From positions 248,001 through 312,000 of the forward strand of contig NIVC01001096.1 in the NCBI GenBank assembly GCA_002269645.1: a stretch of 64,000 nt of DNA, in the 5' to 3' direction. Origin of the DNA: Macrostomum lignano. Its lineage: Eukaryota. A program made the translations under genes and the position numbers. The notes beneath the pieces were generated by a model. It saw nothing but the letters and a program-made list of their open reading frames with translations. It had not been told where the DNA came from and did no database searches. Below, one piece after another: positions 1 to 11,098 of this stretch; within the stretch, counting starts at the first letter, position 1, and every line of letters starts with the position of its first letter.

Positions 1-396
1 AAAGAATGGTAGTCTTCACTGCCCCAGATCAAATACAATCACAGATTTTGTGACGAAAAACAGATTTTTTCCTATCTTCGCAGTGTATTTTTTCCAGGAA
101 ATCGTGGCCTCCAAAAAATTGCACGATCTTTGAGTTTTACGTCCTGTTAGTCTAGAAGTCCTTGGGTAGAAGCCAAGCTTTAAGCCCCAACAGCTGGGAA
201 AACTGCAGGGTCCTGTGGAATTATTTTCATTTTCAACTGTTTAGAGATTCATATTTAAACACGCCGCAACCCCCACCTTTCCTGGTGCGGCTTGACTATT
301 AACATGCATTTTTGATGACGAAATTGCGGGAGTCTGACAGGAAAAGGAGAGGGGCGCAGAGAGTGGGGAATCAGGCAATCAAGTACGGCTCGTAGG

Positions 397-1050
397 CAGG
401 GACCTCTGCGCTTACCTGGACTGGAATCGGGCATCGCCATGGGGCAGGGTCCTCTGCGCTTAGCTGGACTGGAATCGGGCATCGCCATGAGTTCAGGGAC
501 CTCTGCGCTTAGCTGCACTGGAATCGGGCATCACCATGAGGTCAGGAACCTCTGCGCTTACCTGGACTGGAATCGGGCATCGCCATGAGTTCAGGGACCT
601 CTGCGCTTAGCTGCACTGGAATCGGGCATCACCATGAGGTCAGGAACCTCTGCGCTTACCTGGACTGGAATCGGGCATCGCCATGGGGCAGGGTCCTCTG
701 CGCTTAGCTGGACTGGAATCGGGCATCGCCATGAGTTCAGGGACCTCTGCGCTTAGCTGGACTGGAATCGGGCATCGCCATGAGTTCAGGGACCTCTGCG
801 CTTAGCTGCACTGGAATCGGGCATCGCCATGAAGTCAGGGACCTCTGCGCTTAGCTGGACTGGAATCGGGCATCACCATGAGGTCAGGGACCTCTGCGCT
901 TAGCTGGACTGGAATCGGGCATCGCCATGGGGCAGGGACCTCTGCGCTTACCTGGACTGGAATCGGGCATCGCCATGGGGCAGGGACCTCTGCGCTTACC
1001 TGGACTGGAATCGGGCATCGCCATGGGGCAGGGACCTCTGCGCTTACCTG
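397..1050. repeat. 48/49-bp minisatellite, ~13 copies (GGGACCTCTGCGCTTAGCTGGACTGGAATCGGGCATCGCCATGAGTTCA)
   Basis: Unit recurs at 401, 449, 498 and onward. ORF 878..1120 shows the 16-aa period GAGTSALTWTGIGHRH. Confidence 0.95.
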
Positions 1051-1529
1051 GATTGGAATGGAGACAGGGAGCTACACATGGACAGCTGAAATTGAAGTAA
1101 GCTACACTCGGTTTTCTTAGAAATGAGCTGCATGGATGCCGGTAAAGAACATAGATTTGCTGGATTGGCCATAGACAAATTCGGTCGATTCTCGAGCAAT
1201 CCAGTACATTTCTTAGAAAATCGAGTGTAGCGACCTACTGTATCTTCAGTCTCAGTTGCAAGCTCTCAGTATTTTCTAGGATTTATAGGAAAATTATATA
1301 AAAGATATTCGGCTATACATAAATAGATCACGACGTGACATTTCGAGCTGGATTAGCGGCTAAAATCGATGCTGCATGCCACAGAGCCAATGTTCTTCAC
1401 TTCTCAGAACATGTGGGGCACCAAAGGACTGCATGAGAAGAAAAACATTGGCAAGAAAGCCAAGACTTCTGTTTATAGGTCTCAGCTGCTCCGCCTAGCT
1501 GGTCACGATACTATTTATGTTTTCATAAA

Positions 1530-1600
1530 TCTTGAAAATCTTCATAAATCTTGAAAATCTTCATAAATCTTGAAAATCTTCATAAATCTTGCAAATCTTC
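1530..1600. repeat. Short 19-bp tandem repeat (AAATCTTGAAAATCTTCAT), ~3.5 copies
   Basis: Read directly from the sequence. Confidence 0.85.
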
Positions 1601-1721
1601 AAGGGAAATAAATCGATAGATTGACTGTTTGAACTTGTCAGGAAGGCGGGGGGGGGTAGTAGTGTAGGCTTTAGTGTCTGACATCCTGCCTGACTCCACC
1701 CTAAACCTCAGTTCGACTGCT

Positions 1722-2222
1722 GACACTCAGTCTGACTCCTCCTGACATCCAGTCTGACTCCTCCTGACATCCAGTCTGACACCCCTGACACCCAGTCTGA
1801 CACCCCTGCTGACACCCAGTCTGACACCCCTGCTGACACTTAGTCTGACACCCCTGCTGACACTTAGTCTGACACCCCTGCTGACACCCAGACCCAGTCT
1901 GACACCCCTTCTGACACCCAGTCTGACACCCCTGACACCCAGTCTGACACCCCTGCTGACAGCCAGTCTGACACCCCTGACACCCAGTCTGACACCCCTG
2001 ACACTTAGTCTGACTCCCCCTGACACTCAGTCTGGCACCCCTGACACCCAGTCTGACACCCCTGCTGACACCCAGTCTGACACCCCTGCTGACACCCAGT
2101 CTGACACCCCTCCTGACACTTAGTCTGACACCCCTCCTGACACCCAGTCTGACACCCCTGACACCCAGTCTGACACCCCTGATACTTAGTCTGATTCCCA
2201 CTGATACCCAGTCTGACACCCG
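1722..2222. repeat. 21-24-bp minisatellite (CAGTCTGACACCCCTG[CTG]ACACC/TTAG)
   Basis: Tandem units read directly. Periodic pseudo-ORFs at 1701..2238. Confidence 0.9.
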
Positions 2223-2319
2223 CCCATTTGTGTGTCAAAAATCGTTAAACCTATCTAAATTCGTTTAATAAAAACGCCAATATATAGCTAATTTATATCA
2301 AATCGCCACCAATTAACAG

Positions 2320-2520
2320 GTGAATTTGGACAGTACAACGCGCTTGACAACCATCAACTCCATGGGCAGCATTGACAAGCATCTGTTCGAGCAGGCCCAG
2401 AAACGAATCCAAGCCCTGATGGAGAAAGATTCTTACCAGCGCTTCCTGCGATCTGAGGTTTACCTGTCACACCTGAACAGCGCCTCAGCTGCTAGCAATA
2501 GGTCGAGCGGATTTAAGTAG
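2320..2520 (+). CDS. Terminal coding exon of an RGS-domain (regulator of G-protein signalling) protein
   Basis: Acceptor aattaacag|GTG at 2319/2320. VNLDSTTR...FEQAQKRIQALMEKDSYQRFLRSEVYL matches the RGS C-terminal signature (VNID..TR; F..AQ..I..LM..DSY.RF..S..Y). Upstream exons not identified in the window. Confidence 0.9.
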   Translation: MNLDSTTRLTTINSMGSIDKHLFEQAQKRIQALMEKDSYQRFLRSEVYLSHLNSASAASNRSSGFK

Positions 2521-3420
2521 GGTAATTAGGGGTATTATAGAACAGTATAGCTGGGACCGATTCGCATTATCAGGAAATGAACTAGCGCGCAACTGTACGC
2601 AGGCAAGCACTCAAACACACGCTCACACAAGGTGTACAGCCGCCCCTGACTTTCTGATGGTCAGGCATGTGCACTGTCTGTGCTTTGGGGGTTGCCACCG
2701 ACCTCAATTAAATTTACAAACCGAAAACACGCACTCAATGTCAGAGTATAGTATAATAAAAATATTTAATAACTGCAATTATAACTTGATAACCAACATG
2801 TTTCCCTGGTTTCTTGTTTCCTCATGCATAAATACGTTTGTGCACACCGATGAATATACACTGCGTTGGTACATTTGACATGTATAGTGAATAATTTATG
2901 TTTTATTATGCAATATTTTTAATTTTAATAGTTGAGTTCGTTAGTTAAGTTAAGTATGTATAACTTTCGATCATAGCTAGTGACTTCATACTGTAACCGT
3001 AATCTTCATACTTACTGCGGAAAAAGCTATCGTTTGGAACAAAAGTTAATCTAAAGTTTTCAAGCCTTTTACCTTTTTAATAGTGGCTCTTTAGGCAGAA
3101 AAATGCACCAATGTTTTTTTATATTTTTATAACAATTGATATTTTTTATCGCAAGTTTAAAATCTCCCGGGCTTGGGCCCAGCTAATCTACTGTACTTTT
3201 CAAGGGTACTTGTTCCAACTGGACTATTTTAAAGCTGTAAAATGGATTGAAATTATGTTATATATATACTGATATGGTATATCTACCAGGTGACTCAAAA
3301 TAAACAATATAATATAGTGTAGATATAGCCAATGTTAGTCATCACTGCAGTATGTATTGTAACTTGCCTATGCAATGTTCATTCCCTCCATATATTAATT
3401 TACAAATATCTACTTATTTA

Positions 3421-3690
3421 GGCACTCATTGTCGCGCCGCAGACACTCATTGTGGCGCCGCAGACACTCATTGTGGCGCCGCAGACACTCATTTTGGCGC
3501 CGCAGGCACTCATTGTGGCGCCGCAGGCACTCTTTTTTTCACCGCAGGCGCTATATTTTGTCGCCCTGAAGCAAAATTATTGACTTCCATAAATGGTCAC
3601 AATGTTAGATGATGGGGGCATTGGCATGTCCCCCACCATAGCTTTTACTGGGGGGGGGGTCATGTCCCACTTGCCCCCCCAATGGCGACG
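3421..3690. repeat. 21-bp minisatellite (GGCGCCGCAGACACTCATTGT, ~5 copies) plus conserved right flank; member of a dispersed family
   Basis: Same unit family as 15.9-16.4, 21.1-21.6, 35.6-37.2 and 47.4-48.1 kb. Flank TTTTGTCGCCCTG...TTGGCATGTCCCC...TGGCGACG is shared with 48130-48240. Confidence 0.8.
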
Positions 3691-3840
3691 AGTAAAAACG
3701 ATACTCGTTACGATTCAGTTTTTAATAGTTACCATTCATTTTCACATCTTCACCGCACATCTTCTATAGCTTTATGAATACGAGCTAGCATTCCACTCCA
3801 GCTCAAATGCAGATCAAAATGGCAGGTCCAAGAGCAGGGT

Positions 3841-4175
3841 ACCTCTCATTTCACCGATTCTCGTTTCGCCGATTCTCGTTTCGCCGAATCTCATTTCGCC
3901 GATTCTCGGTTCGCCGACATTCTCATTTCGCCGATTCTCATTTCGCCGACATTCTCATTTCGCCGATTCTCGTTTCGCCGACATTCTCATTTCGCCGATT
4001 CTCGTTTCGCCGACATTCTCATTTCGCCGATTCTCGTTTCGCCGACATTCTCATTTCGCCGATTCTCGTTTCGCCGACATTCTCATTTCGCCGATTCTCG
4101 TTTCGCCGACATTCTCATTTCGCCGATTCTCGTTTCGCCGACATTCTCATTTCGCCGATTCTCGGTTCGCCGAAA
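3841..4175. repeat. Left TIR array: alternating 15-bp (TTTCGCCGATTCTCG) and 17-bp (TTTCGCCGACATTCTCA) units
   Basis: Read directly from the sequence. Confidence 0.9.
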
Positions 4176-4399
4176 TTAGTTTCATAACCATCTGGACATT
4201 AGACCATAGACAACTACACTAATGCAAGTGTGATTTAGATGTCTATGGCTTGAAAAATAAAGTTAAAATTAGGAATTCTTCCTTCTGTATAGTCTATGGT
4301 AATCCTTCTGCATAGTCTATGGTAAAAAGTCTATAGCCAGTGGTATATATGTATGGTAGGAGGTTGAGGAATAACATCCAACTTTCAAGCAAACGCACC

Positions 4400-5815
4400 A
4401 TGGCTCAAGCAGCACTACAATTAGCTACCTTTTGTCCCAAGTTCGCGTGGAGGGCAGCTGCTTCACATTATGGGATATTTGTACCGGCTCGATAAGAAGA
4501 CTGAAGCAAAAGCATTTTACAAGTGTCGCCGCGAAGGTTGCAATGCCAGGGCCATCGTCGAGGGTGGATATGTGTCGCACACGAGTGGAGAGCATCGTCA
4601 TGCAATTGATGAAACTGAAGCCCAGAGGATGAAGTTTGTGCAGCATATCAAGAACGAGTGTACCAACAACAACGCTCCAATGCCTCAAGTATACCGGCAG
4701 GCCATTGCTATGGACGCCTTTCAAACAAACCCGGCAACATTGCCGACATTCGGTAGTATCAAGGATGCAGCATACCGTGCTTGGCACAAAAACTTGCCCC
4801 CTCATACTGCCACTCGAGCTGATTATATCGTTGATCCAGAGACTCAACAAACTCTGCGGGTTTTCGACATCAATGGAGGCACACCGAATCGCATCGTTGA
4901 GTTTTCATCGAACCAGCTGATCCGCGCACTCACAGAAACTGATCGCCTTCAAATCGACGGTACTTTCAACTCTGTTCCGAATATATTTGAGATGCTGACA
5001 ATTATCCATGGCAAGGTGCTTGGAGCGTGGGAACCACTGGCTTTTTTCTCATGCCCAACAAGCAGCAAGTCACCTACGAAGCAATGTGGCACTACTTGCA
5101 TGATGCCTGCAGACAACTGACTGGCCACTACCCAATGTGCAACCACTTCTTGGCCGATTTTGAGCTCGCCAGTATTTCAGCCATATCAGGACGATGGCCA
5201 GTTCACCCGCCACCGACAATCAAAGGCTGTCTCTTTCACTTCAACCAAGCTGTCTTGCGAAACACTCAGCGTCTTGGACTGCAGATAGCTTACCAGCAAG
5301 ATCCAGATGTTCAGAAAATGGTTCGCAGACTGATGGCGCTTCCGTTGGTTCAACTTGATCACCTGGATGAGGCCTTCACTGATGTGATTATGGCCGACAT
5401 GCCTGAACCCGGGCATGCTGCTCATCAAAACTGCCATGCGTTGTTAGACTACTTCCTGACCACTTGGTTGCAGCCAAACGCTCGCTATAGCCGATAAATG
5501 TGGAACCATTTTAATGAAGATGCAGACAGAACTATCAATGCCGCGGAGAGCCGACACCATGCGCTAAATTCAATAAGTCGCTACCATCGGCTCAATGTCC
5601 ACGAATTCGTAAAGGAGTTGCGAGTTGAAATTGTCAATGCAGAGACACGCATTCAGCAGCGAGCCACGGGGAGTGTACCACCGCAGCCGAGGCTCCGAAC
5701 CCGGCAACTAGCGAATGCTCTAGCGACCTTCAAAGGGCAGTTTCTCAGCGGCCAAAGAAATCTACGGGACTACGTGGATGCTTGCAGCTACACTTTGCAC
5801 GACGCGGTTGTCTGA
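4400..5815 (+). pseudogene. FLYWCH + MULE DDE transposase, inactivated
   Basis: FLYWCH-like SRGGQLL..GYLY...FYKC....C...H.H. Catalytic motifs LQIDGTF, FLADFE, KGCLFHF and RTINAAESRH. Frameshifts near 4430 and 5045; in-frame TAA at 5495-5497. Confidence 0.9.
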
Positions 5816-6259
5816 GTTTCAATTGAACTGAACTCGTAACGATATTAACAGTTTAAATTTTGTTGAAATGTCTGCTTCTGTGGTCTGTTATTCGACTTCT
5901 TACTGTTTGTGTTACGTAAGGATTTCATGGGTCCAGTATGAATGAAAAATAGAAATAGAATTGATTGCGAATGTGAAAGAAACAAATGCCGATTGAAATC
6001 GTTTCTGGTGGCTTTTGTGGTGAAATAAATATGTGGTTTTATTGCACTGACTTCTGAATTGAATATGAGTTAAAACTACGCTCGTAATGCTGGTAAGCTA
6101 ACGAAATTAAGCTGCAAAGAGGCTATGGTAGGTAACTACTCGCGCAATATATATATTACCAATACAATACTTTATTTTTCAAGCCATAGACATCTAAATC
6201 ACACTTGCATTAGTGTAGTTGTCTATGGTCTAATGTCCAGATGGTTATGAAACTAATTT

Positions 6260-6635
6260 CGGCGAACCGAGAATCGGCGAAATGAGAATGTCGGCGAAAC
6301 GAGAATCGGCGAAACGAGAATCGGCGAAATGAGATTCGGCGAAACGAGAATCGGCGAAACGAGAATCGGCGAAACGAGAATCGGCGAAACGAGAATCGGC
6401 GAAACGAGAATCGGCGAAACGAGAATCGGCGAAACGAGAATCGGCGAAATGAGAATCGGCGAAACGAGAATCGGCGAACCGAGAATCGGCGAAACGAGAA
6501 TCGGCGAAACGAGAATCGGCGAAACGAGAATCGGCGAAACGAGAATCGGCGAAACGAGAATCGGCGAAACGAGAATCGTCGAAACGAGAATCGGCGAAAC
6601 GAGAATCGGTGAAACGAGAATCGGCGAAATGAGAG
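6260..6635. repeat. Right TIR array: almost pure 15-bp units (GAGAATCGGCGAAAC), ~24 copies
   Basis: Read directly; reverse complement of the left-array unit. Confidence 0.9.
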
Positions 6636-6799
6636 GTACCCCCAAGCAAGAGCATCTTAAGAACAGTCTACTTGAGAAGTCCTTGGACAGGTCATTTAGT
6701 ACAGGCCATCCTGCGCCCTCTGTTAATTCGAGAACCGTTGTCGCTGGAAGCTTATGAAAACCTGAAGAGCTCACGTTCTCTCATGCTACTCTTAGTAAT

Positions 6800-7889
6800 A
6801 TCGTCACCCACAGCCATGGTTACAGCAGGTTCCCAGCAAACACTCTAGCTCAAAGCTCAAACACCCAAAAAAACAAACAACGGAGCCAAGAGTGAGTGAA
6901 GCATCAGAGTAGTCAAGGCGACAGGCACTGCTCATGGTTGTGCTGTACGAGCGTGGTTTTGAGAATGAGTAACCAAAACGCGTGAGGCTCGCCTCACTGC
7001 GCATGTTCATATATTTTGAGCCAAAACGGAGTGGTGGTCACACCGACCCCAACATGCACGCAATAACAAAAAACCCCTCTAACAGTGCCCACGCACTAAC
7101 AAGTCGACTACACCACTTTTCCCCTAGAAGCAAAAGTAAGAGTCACGCAAATCTCGCCATGTAAAAGTCGGGCGGCCGCCGCTCTCTCGCTGACCGTCGT
7201 GGACCATTGCCCAGCTCCGCTGGAACAGCCGGCTCTGGCTCCTTGGGCACCTGTGGCTCCTCAGGCACCTCTGGCTCCTCAGGCACCTGTGGATCCTCAG
7301 GCACCTGTGGCTCCTCAGGCACCTCTGGCTCCTCAGGCACCTCTGGCTCCTCAGGCACCTCTGGCTCCTCGGGCACCTCTGGCTCCTCAGGCACCTCTGG
7401 CTCCTCGGGCACCTCTGGCTCCTCGGGGACCTCTGGCACCGGGTCCGATTGCAAATTTTACCGGTATGCGACACTCGTCCGAGACCACCAGCACGCGAGC
7501 AGGCAGGATGGCGGTCGACTTGACGACGTCCTCAGACGGCTCGAATACCCCTTGCTCGCCAGTGGAATCCACCTTGAGCCACACCAGTTTCTCGCTGCGT
7601 GCGGGCAGCTCCTTGGTTGCCAGGGCCGGTGCTGGCCCAAGGCTGCCGACCCTCAGGCTGACGCCTGTCCCTATCGGATGAGCCCACTGAAGCCGGAGTC
7701 GCATGGCCCATCAGCTCGAGTCACGCAGCTCGGTCGACGATGCCTGCCAGAGAGCACGAGTCAGCGTCCTTGTCCTTCAGCAGCGCAGCTCTCACGGCCG
7801 CTGGGAGGAGGAAGCTTTACATCCTTTTCTCGGGCTGCAATAAAAAACAACACCTCTAACAGTGCCAGAGCACTAACAAGCCGACTACA
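6800..7889 (-). mobile_element. Internally deleted Gypsy-like LTR retrotransposon relic
   Basis: Minus strand: LPARSEKLVW...GVFEP...ARVLV...IPVK (post-protease linker-like) joined to a pol-tail-like RRSARERRPPDFY. Then a polypurine tract (7113-7127) followed by TGTAG at 7112, with a ~50-bp direct repeat of this LTR start at 7840-7889. Left LTR boundary uncertain. Confidence 0.55.
7215..7440. repeat. 18-bp tandem repeat (GGCACCTCTGGCTCCTCA; VPEEPE on minus), ~12 copies
   Basis: ORF 7143..7454 shows a 6-aa period. Confidence 0.9.
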
Positions 7890-8539
7890 GTGCTAAGAGC
7901 TGTATCATCAGACGCCTCAGTGTATCCACAGCCTCCCTGTCAGTCTATTTAGGTGTTTTAATGCATTGTTTCTTAATCCATGATAAAGCATTTATTAAAC
8001 AATGAGAAACCTCGTGCTTGCAAGACGTCACAGAATGCTCACTGCTTGCCCAGTGATTGGCAGGTGCCCTTAGCTACTGTATATTTGAATTGTCAAACAG
8101 CACTTACAACTTAAATGTGATCAGTTTCCCTATCTTAAATCTGCAGATAAGACTAATTGCTAAATATAGTTACATACCTGTGAAGAGAATTTGCAATTCT
8201 AAAAAAACATTCGCTGGTACAGAAGAAGCACATTGATTTAATGCTTACAGAAGCCTAACTGTATAATACAGCTGTTTATGAAGAGCAAAGGAGATTAGAC
8301 AGGGTCTAAAAACAAAAAGGTATCCTGACAGAGTCGCATGTCCCTCAGCAGAAAAGCTACGAGCCCGGTGCTTAAACATGCAGTAATTCCTCATTGGCAT
8401 TTTTATAGGCGCTTGCAGTTGTCCAATCACGGGAGCATGACCTGTTGTGAAAAAGATAAACAGTGAATGAGTGAGCTGACCTTGCAACACTTTCACTGCA
8501 GGTTCCACCTGACTTGATGCAGACTTTCTAAAGAGACAC

Positions 8540-9330
8540 TCCGACACTGAGACACTCACTGAGACACTGAGACACTGAGACACTGAGACACTCAGACACT
8601 GAGACAGTGAGACACTGAGACACTGAGATACTGAGACACTGAGACACTGAGACAGTGAGACACTCAGACACTGAGACACTGAGACACTGAGACACTGAGA
8701 CACTCAGACACTGAGACACTGAGACACTGAGACTGTGAGACACTGAGACACTGAGACTGTGAGACAATGAGACAATGAGACAATGAGACAATGAGACACA
8801 GAGACACTGAGACACTGAGACTCTGAGACTCTGAGACACTGAGACACTGAGACACTCAGACACTGAGACAATGAGACAATGAGACACTGAGACACTGAGA
8901 CACTGAGACTCTGAGACACTGAGACACTGAGACACTGAGATACTGAGACACTGAGACACTGAGACACTGAGACACTGAGACACTGAGACACTGAGACACT
9001 GAGACACTGAGACACTGAGACACTGAGACACTGAGACACTGAGATACTGAGACACGGAGACACTGAGACAGTGAGACACTCAGACACTGAGACAGTGAGA
9101 CACTGAGACTCTGAGACACTGAGACACTGAGACACTGAGATACTGAGACACTGAGACACTGAGACACTGAGACACTGAGACACTGAGACTCTGAGACACT
9201 GAGACACTGAGACACTGAGATACTGAGACACTGAGACACTGAGACACTGAGACACTGAGACACAGAGACACTGAGACACTGAGACTCTGAGACACTGAGA
9301 CACTGAGACACTGAGACACTGAGACACAGT
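8540..9330 (-). repeat. (TGTCTCAG)n 8-bp satellite in the post-stop intron of WSC A1
   Basis: Read directly from the sequence. Confidence 0.97.
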
Positions 9331-9392
9331 GCTGAGACCGAGACTAATGGGTCTACAAGTATAAAAAGGCCACTCACTTGGCTTGCGGAAAC

Positions 9393-10649
9393 TCAGTCCT
9401 GCAATCGGTGATAGGTGTACACAGAGGCGAATGAGTCGTTGTCGGCTCCACAGGTCTGTGTGTAGCTTCCTCCACAACGGCGATTGCAATAGTGATCATC
9501 CATTTTTGTCCCTCGGTTAAGCAGTTTAGTGTCTCTACAGTAACAGTATTCTCCTTTACTTAAGCCGAATGCAGTTTTGTCCCTTACATATGCTGTGCAC
9601 AGATAAGCGCAGTGCTCGACCGTCATGTCCTTAGATTTTTGGCCCTCTGTTAGGAACTTGCCGTGCCCGTAAAAGCAGCCAACATATTTCGCTGTAAAAA
9701 AGAATTAATAGCAAAATAATTTGAGCACAAAGTCTCATTGACAACAGTTATGCATGGTTTAGTGAGACAGCGAAGCAGTGACACAGAGAGATGGTGGGGC
9801 AGTGAGATGCGAGACAAAAAGAAAGGAGGCACCCCACTGTTGCTATGGACAGAGTAGTCAATGAAAATTATGAAAAATCGTTAACTTACGTTTGGAGTAA
9901 AGAGATAGTGGTGAAGCTCTCTCTTCTTTCTCTGAAATTTGACGAGCGGTTCTTGCTGAAGTGACTGCATGCAGAGGGGCTGCAGAGGGGCTGCAGAGGG
10001 GCTGCAGAGGGGCTGCAGAGGGGCTGCAGAGGGGCTGCAGAGGGGCTGCAGAGGGGCTGCAGAGGGGCTGCAGAGGGGCTGCAGAGGGGCTGCAGAGGGG
10101 CTGCAGAGGGGCTGCAGAGGGGCTGCAGAGGGGCTGCAGAGGGGCTGCAGAGGGGCTGCAGAGGGGCTGCAGAGGGGCTGCAGAGTGGCTGCAGAGGGGC
10201 TGCAGAGGGGCTGCAGAGGGGCTGCAGAGGGGCTGCAGAGGGGCTGCAGAGGGGCTGCAGAGGGGCTGCAGAGGGGCTGCAGAGGGGCTGCAGAGGAGCT
10301 GCAGAGGGGCTGCAGAAGGGCTGCAGAGGGGCTGCAGAGGGGCTGCAGAGGGGCTGCAGAGGGGCTGCAGAGGGGCTGCAGAGGGACTGGAAAGACGGGG
10401 AGATGAGAGGTCGAATAAATGGGGCAATTAGGTTATAAGAACACAATGGGAATTTATCTTGGGTCAGGCGGCAGGCCGTGTGAGTTGGAGCAGGTGTGGG
10501 CAATGCGGGGAGTTAACATGGAGTAAGCAGACAGGCGGTGGATTCGAGTTGAATCGAATTGACTTACTTTTCTTGGCAGATGAGCAGCCCAGCCCGCAGA
10601 GCAGTGTTGCAGCAAGACAGCTCAGAAGCAGCAGACGTCTGACAGACAT
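9393..10649 (-). CDS. Secreted single-WSC-domain protein, copy A1 (exon 1 10649-10568, exon 2 9691-9393; 126 aa)
   Basis: Exon 1 [27 protein letters not shown] (signal-peptide-like) ends A|GTAAGT. Exon 2 after TTTTTACAG: TKYVGCF...MTVEHCAYLC...FGLSKGEYCYC...C...CGG..QTCG...SVY, 8 Cys in WSC spacing. Phases are compatible. Confidence 0.88.
9970..10385 (-). repeat. 11-bp minisatellite (CTGCAGCCCCT)n in intron 1 of WSC A1, ~38 copies
   Basis: Read directly from the sequence. Confidence 0.97.
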
Positions 10650-11098
10650 TTCCAATGCAGAAAAAGCAGCAGAATCCCTTTGTACTCAAAGCTTGAGATG
10701 TCGAATTCGACTTACAGTAAACTCTTCTGTTAAGTGGACCTTCGCTCCGAGGGTGAAAAAACGATTGCGAGCCTCTCAGCTGCTGAGCTGCAGCCACAGA
10801 CAGTTCTGTACAAAGCGATTCCTGTCTCACTGGCAGCGTCTGAGGGCCGCGATTGTCTATGGCTAACACCAGCTATATGGGCATGCGGAGCCGTGCACTT
10901 TTATTGGAGTGCAAGGGGAACCCGTTCTCAAATTTACCAGCTTTTTAATGAGCGTCGTCGTAGTGAGCGTGTTGTTAAACACTGCAGTCTAACAGTGGTT
11001 TAATGGTAGATTGTGTAGTATGATTTTCCTTTACTAAAGGCTCTTTAAAGGGTCTGTTTTCTAAGGCAAGACCAGAGGATTTTCACGCTCGTCTTAAA

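Larger units (their letters stand above)
3837..6641 (+). mobile_element. Mutator-like (MULE) DNA transposon, 2.8 kb, long tandem-repeat TIRs, 9-bp TSD
   Basis: Ends GGGTACCTCTCATTTC (3837) and GAAATGAGAGGTACCC (6641). TIRs ~3837-4262 and ~6168-6641. Left flank CCAAGAGCA (3828-3836); right flank CCAAG-CAAG-AGCA (6642-6654) is the TSD with a 4-bp slippage duplication. Internal FLYWCH-MULE transposase. Confidence 0.92.

Noticed and set aside
397-1050. CRISPR-like appearance of regular 20-50-bp repeats here and elsewhere
   Set aside because: The units are contiguous with no unique spacers, there are no cas genes, and the context is eukaryotic.
6655-6780. Possible host exon interrupted by the MULE (rejoined flanks give a ~60-codon open frame on the minus strand)
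   Set aside because: No recognisable motif or convincing splice sites; cannot be supported.
7143-7454. Secreted or structural protein with VPEEPE repeats
   Set aside because: No signal peptide or splice context. It ends in a retroelement pol-tail-like motif directly before a PPT and TG.
10459-10869. Conserved ORFs antisense to WSC exon 1 (also 26659-27069 and 32353-32751)
   Set aside because: Explained by nucleotide-level conservation of the promoter/exon-1 module. No domain similarity, and indels differ between copies.
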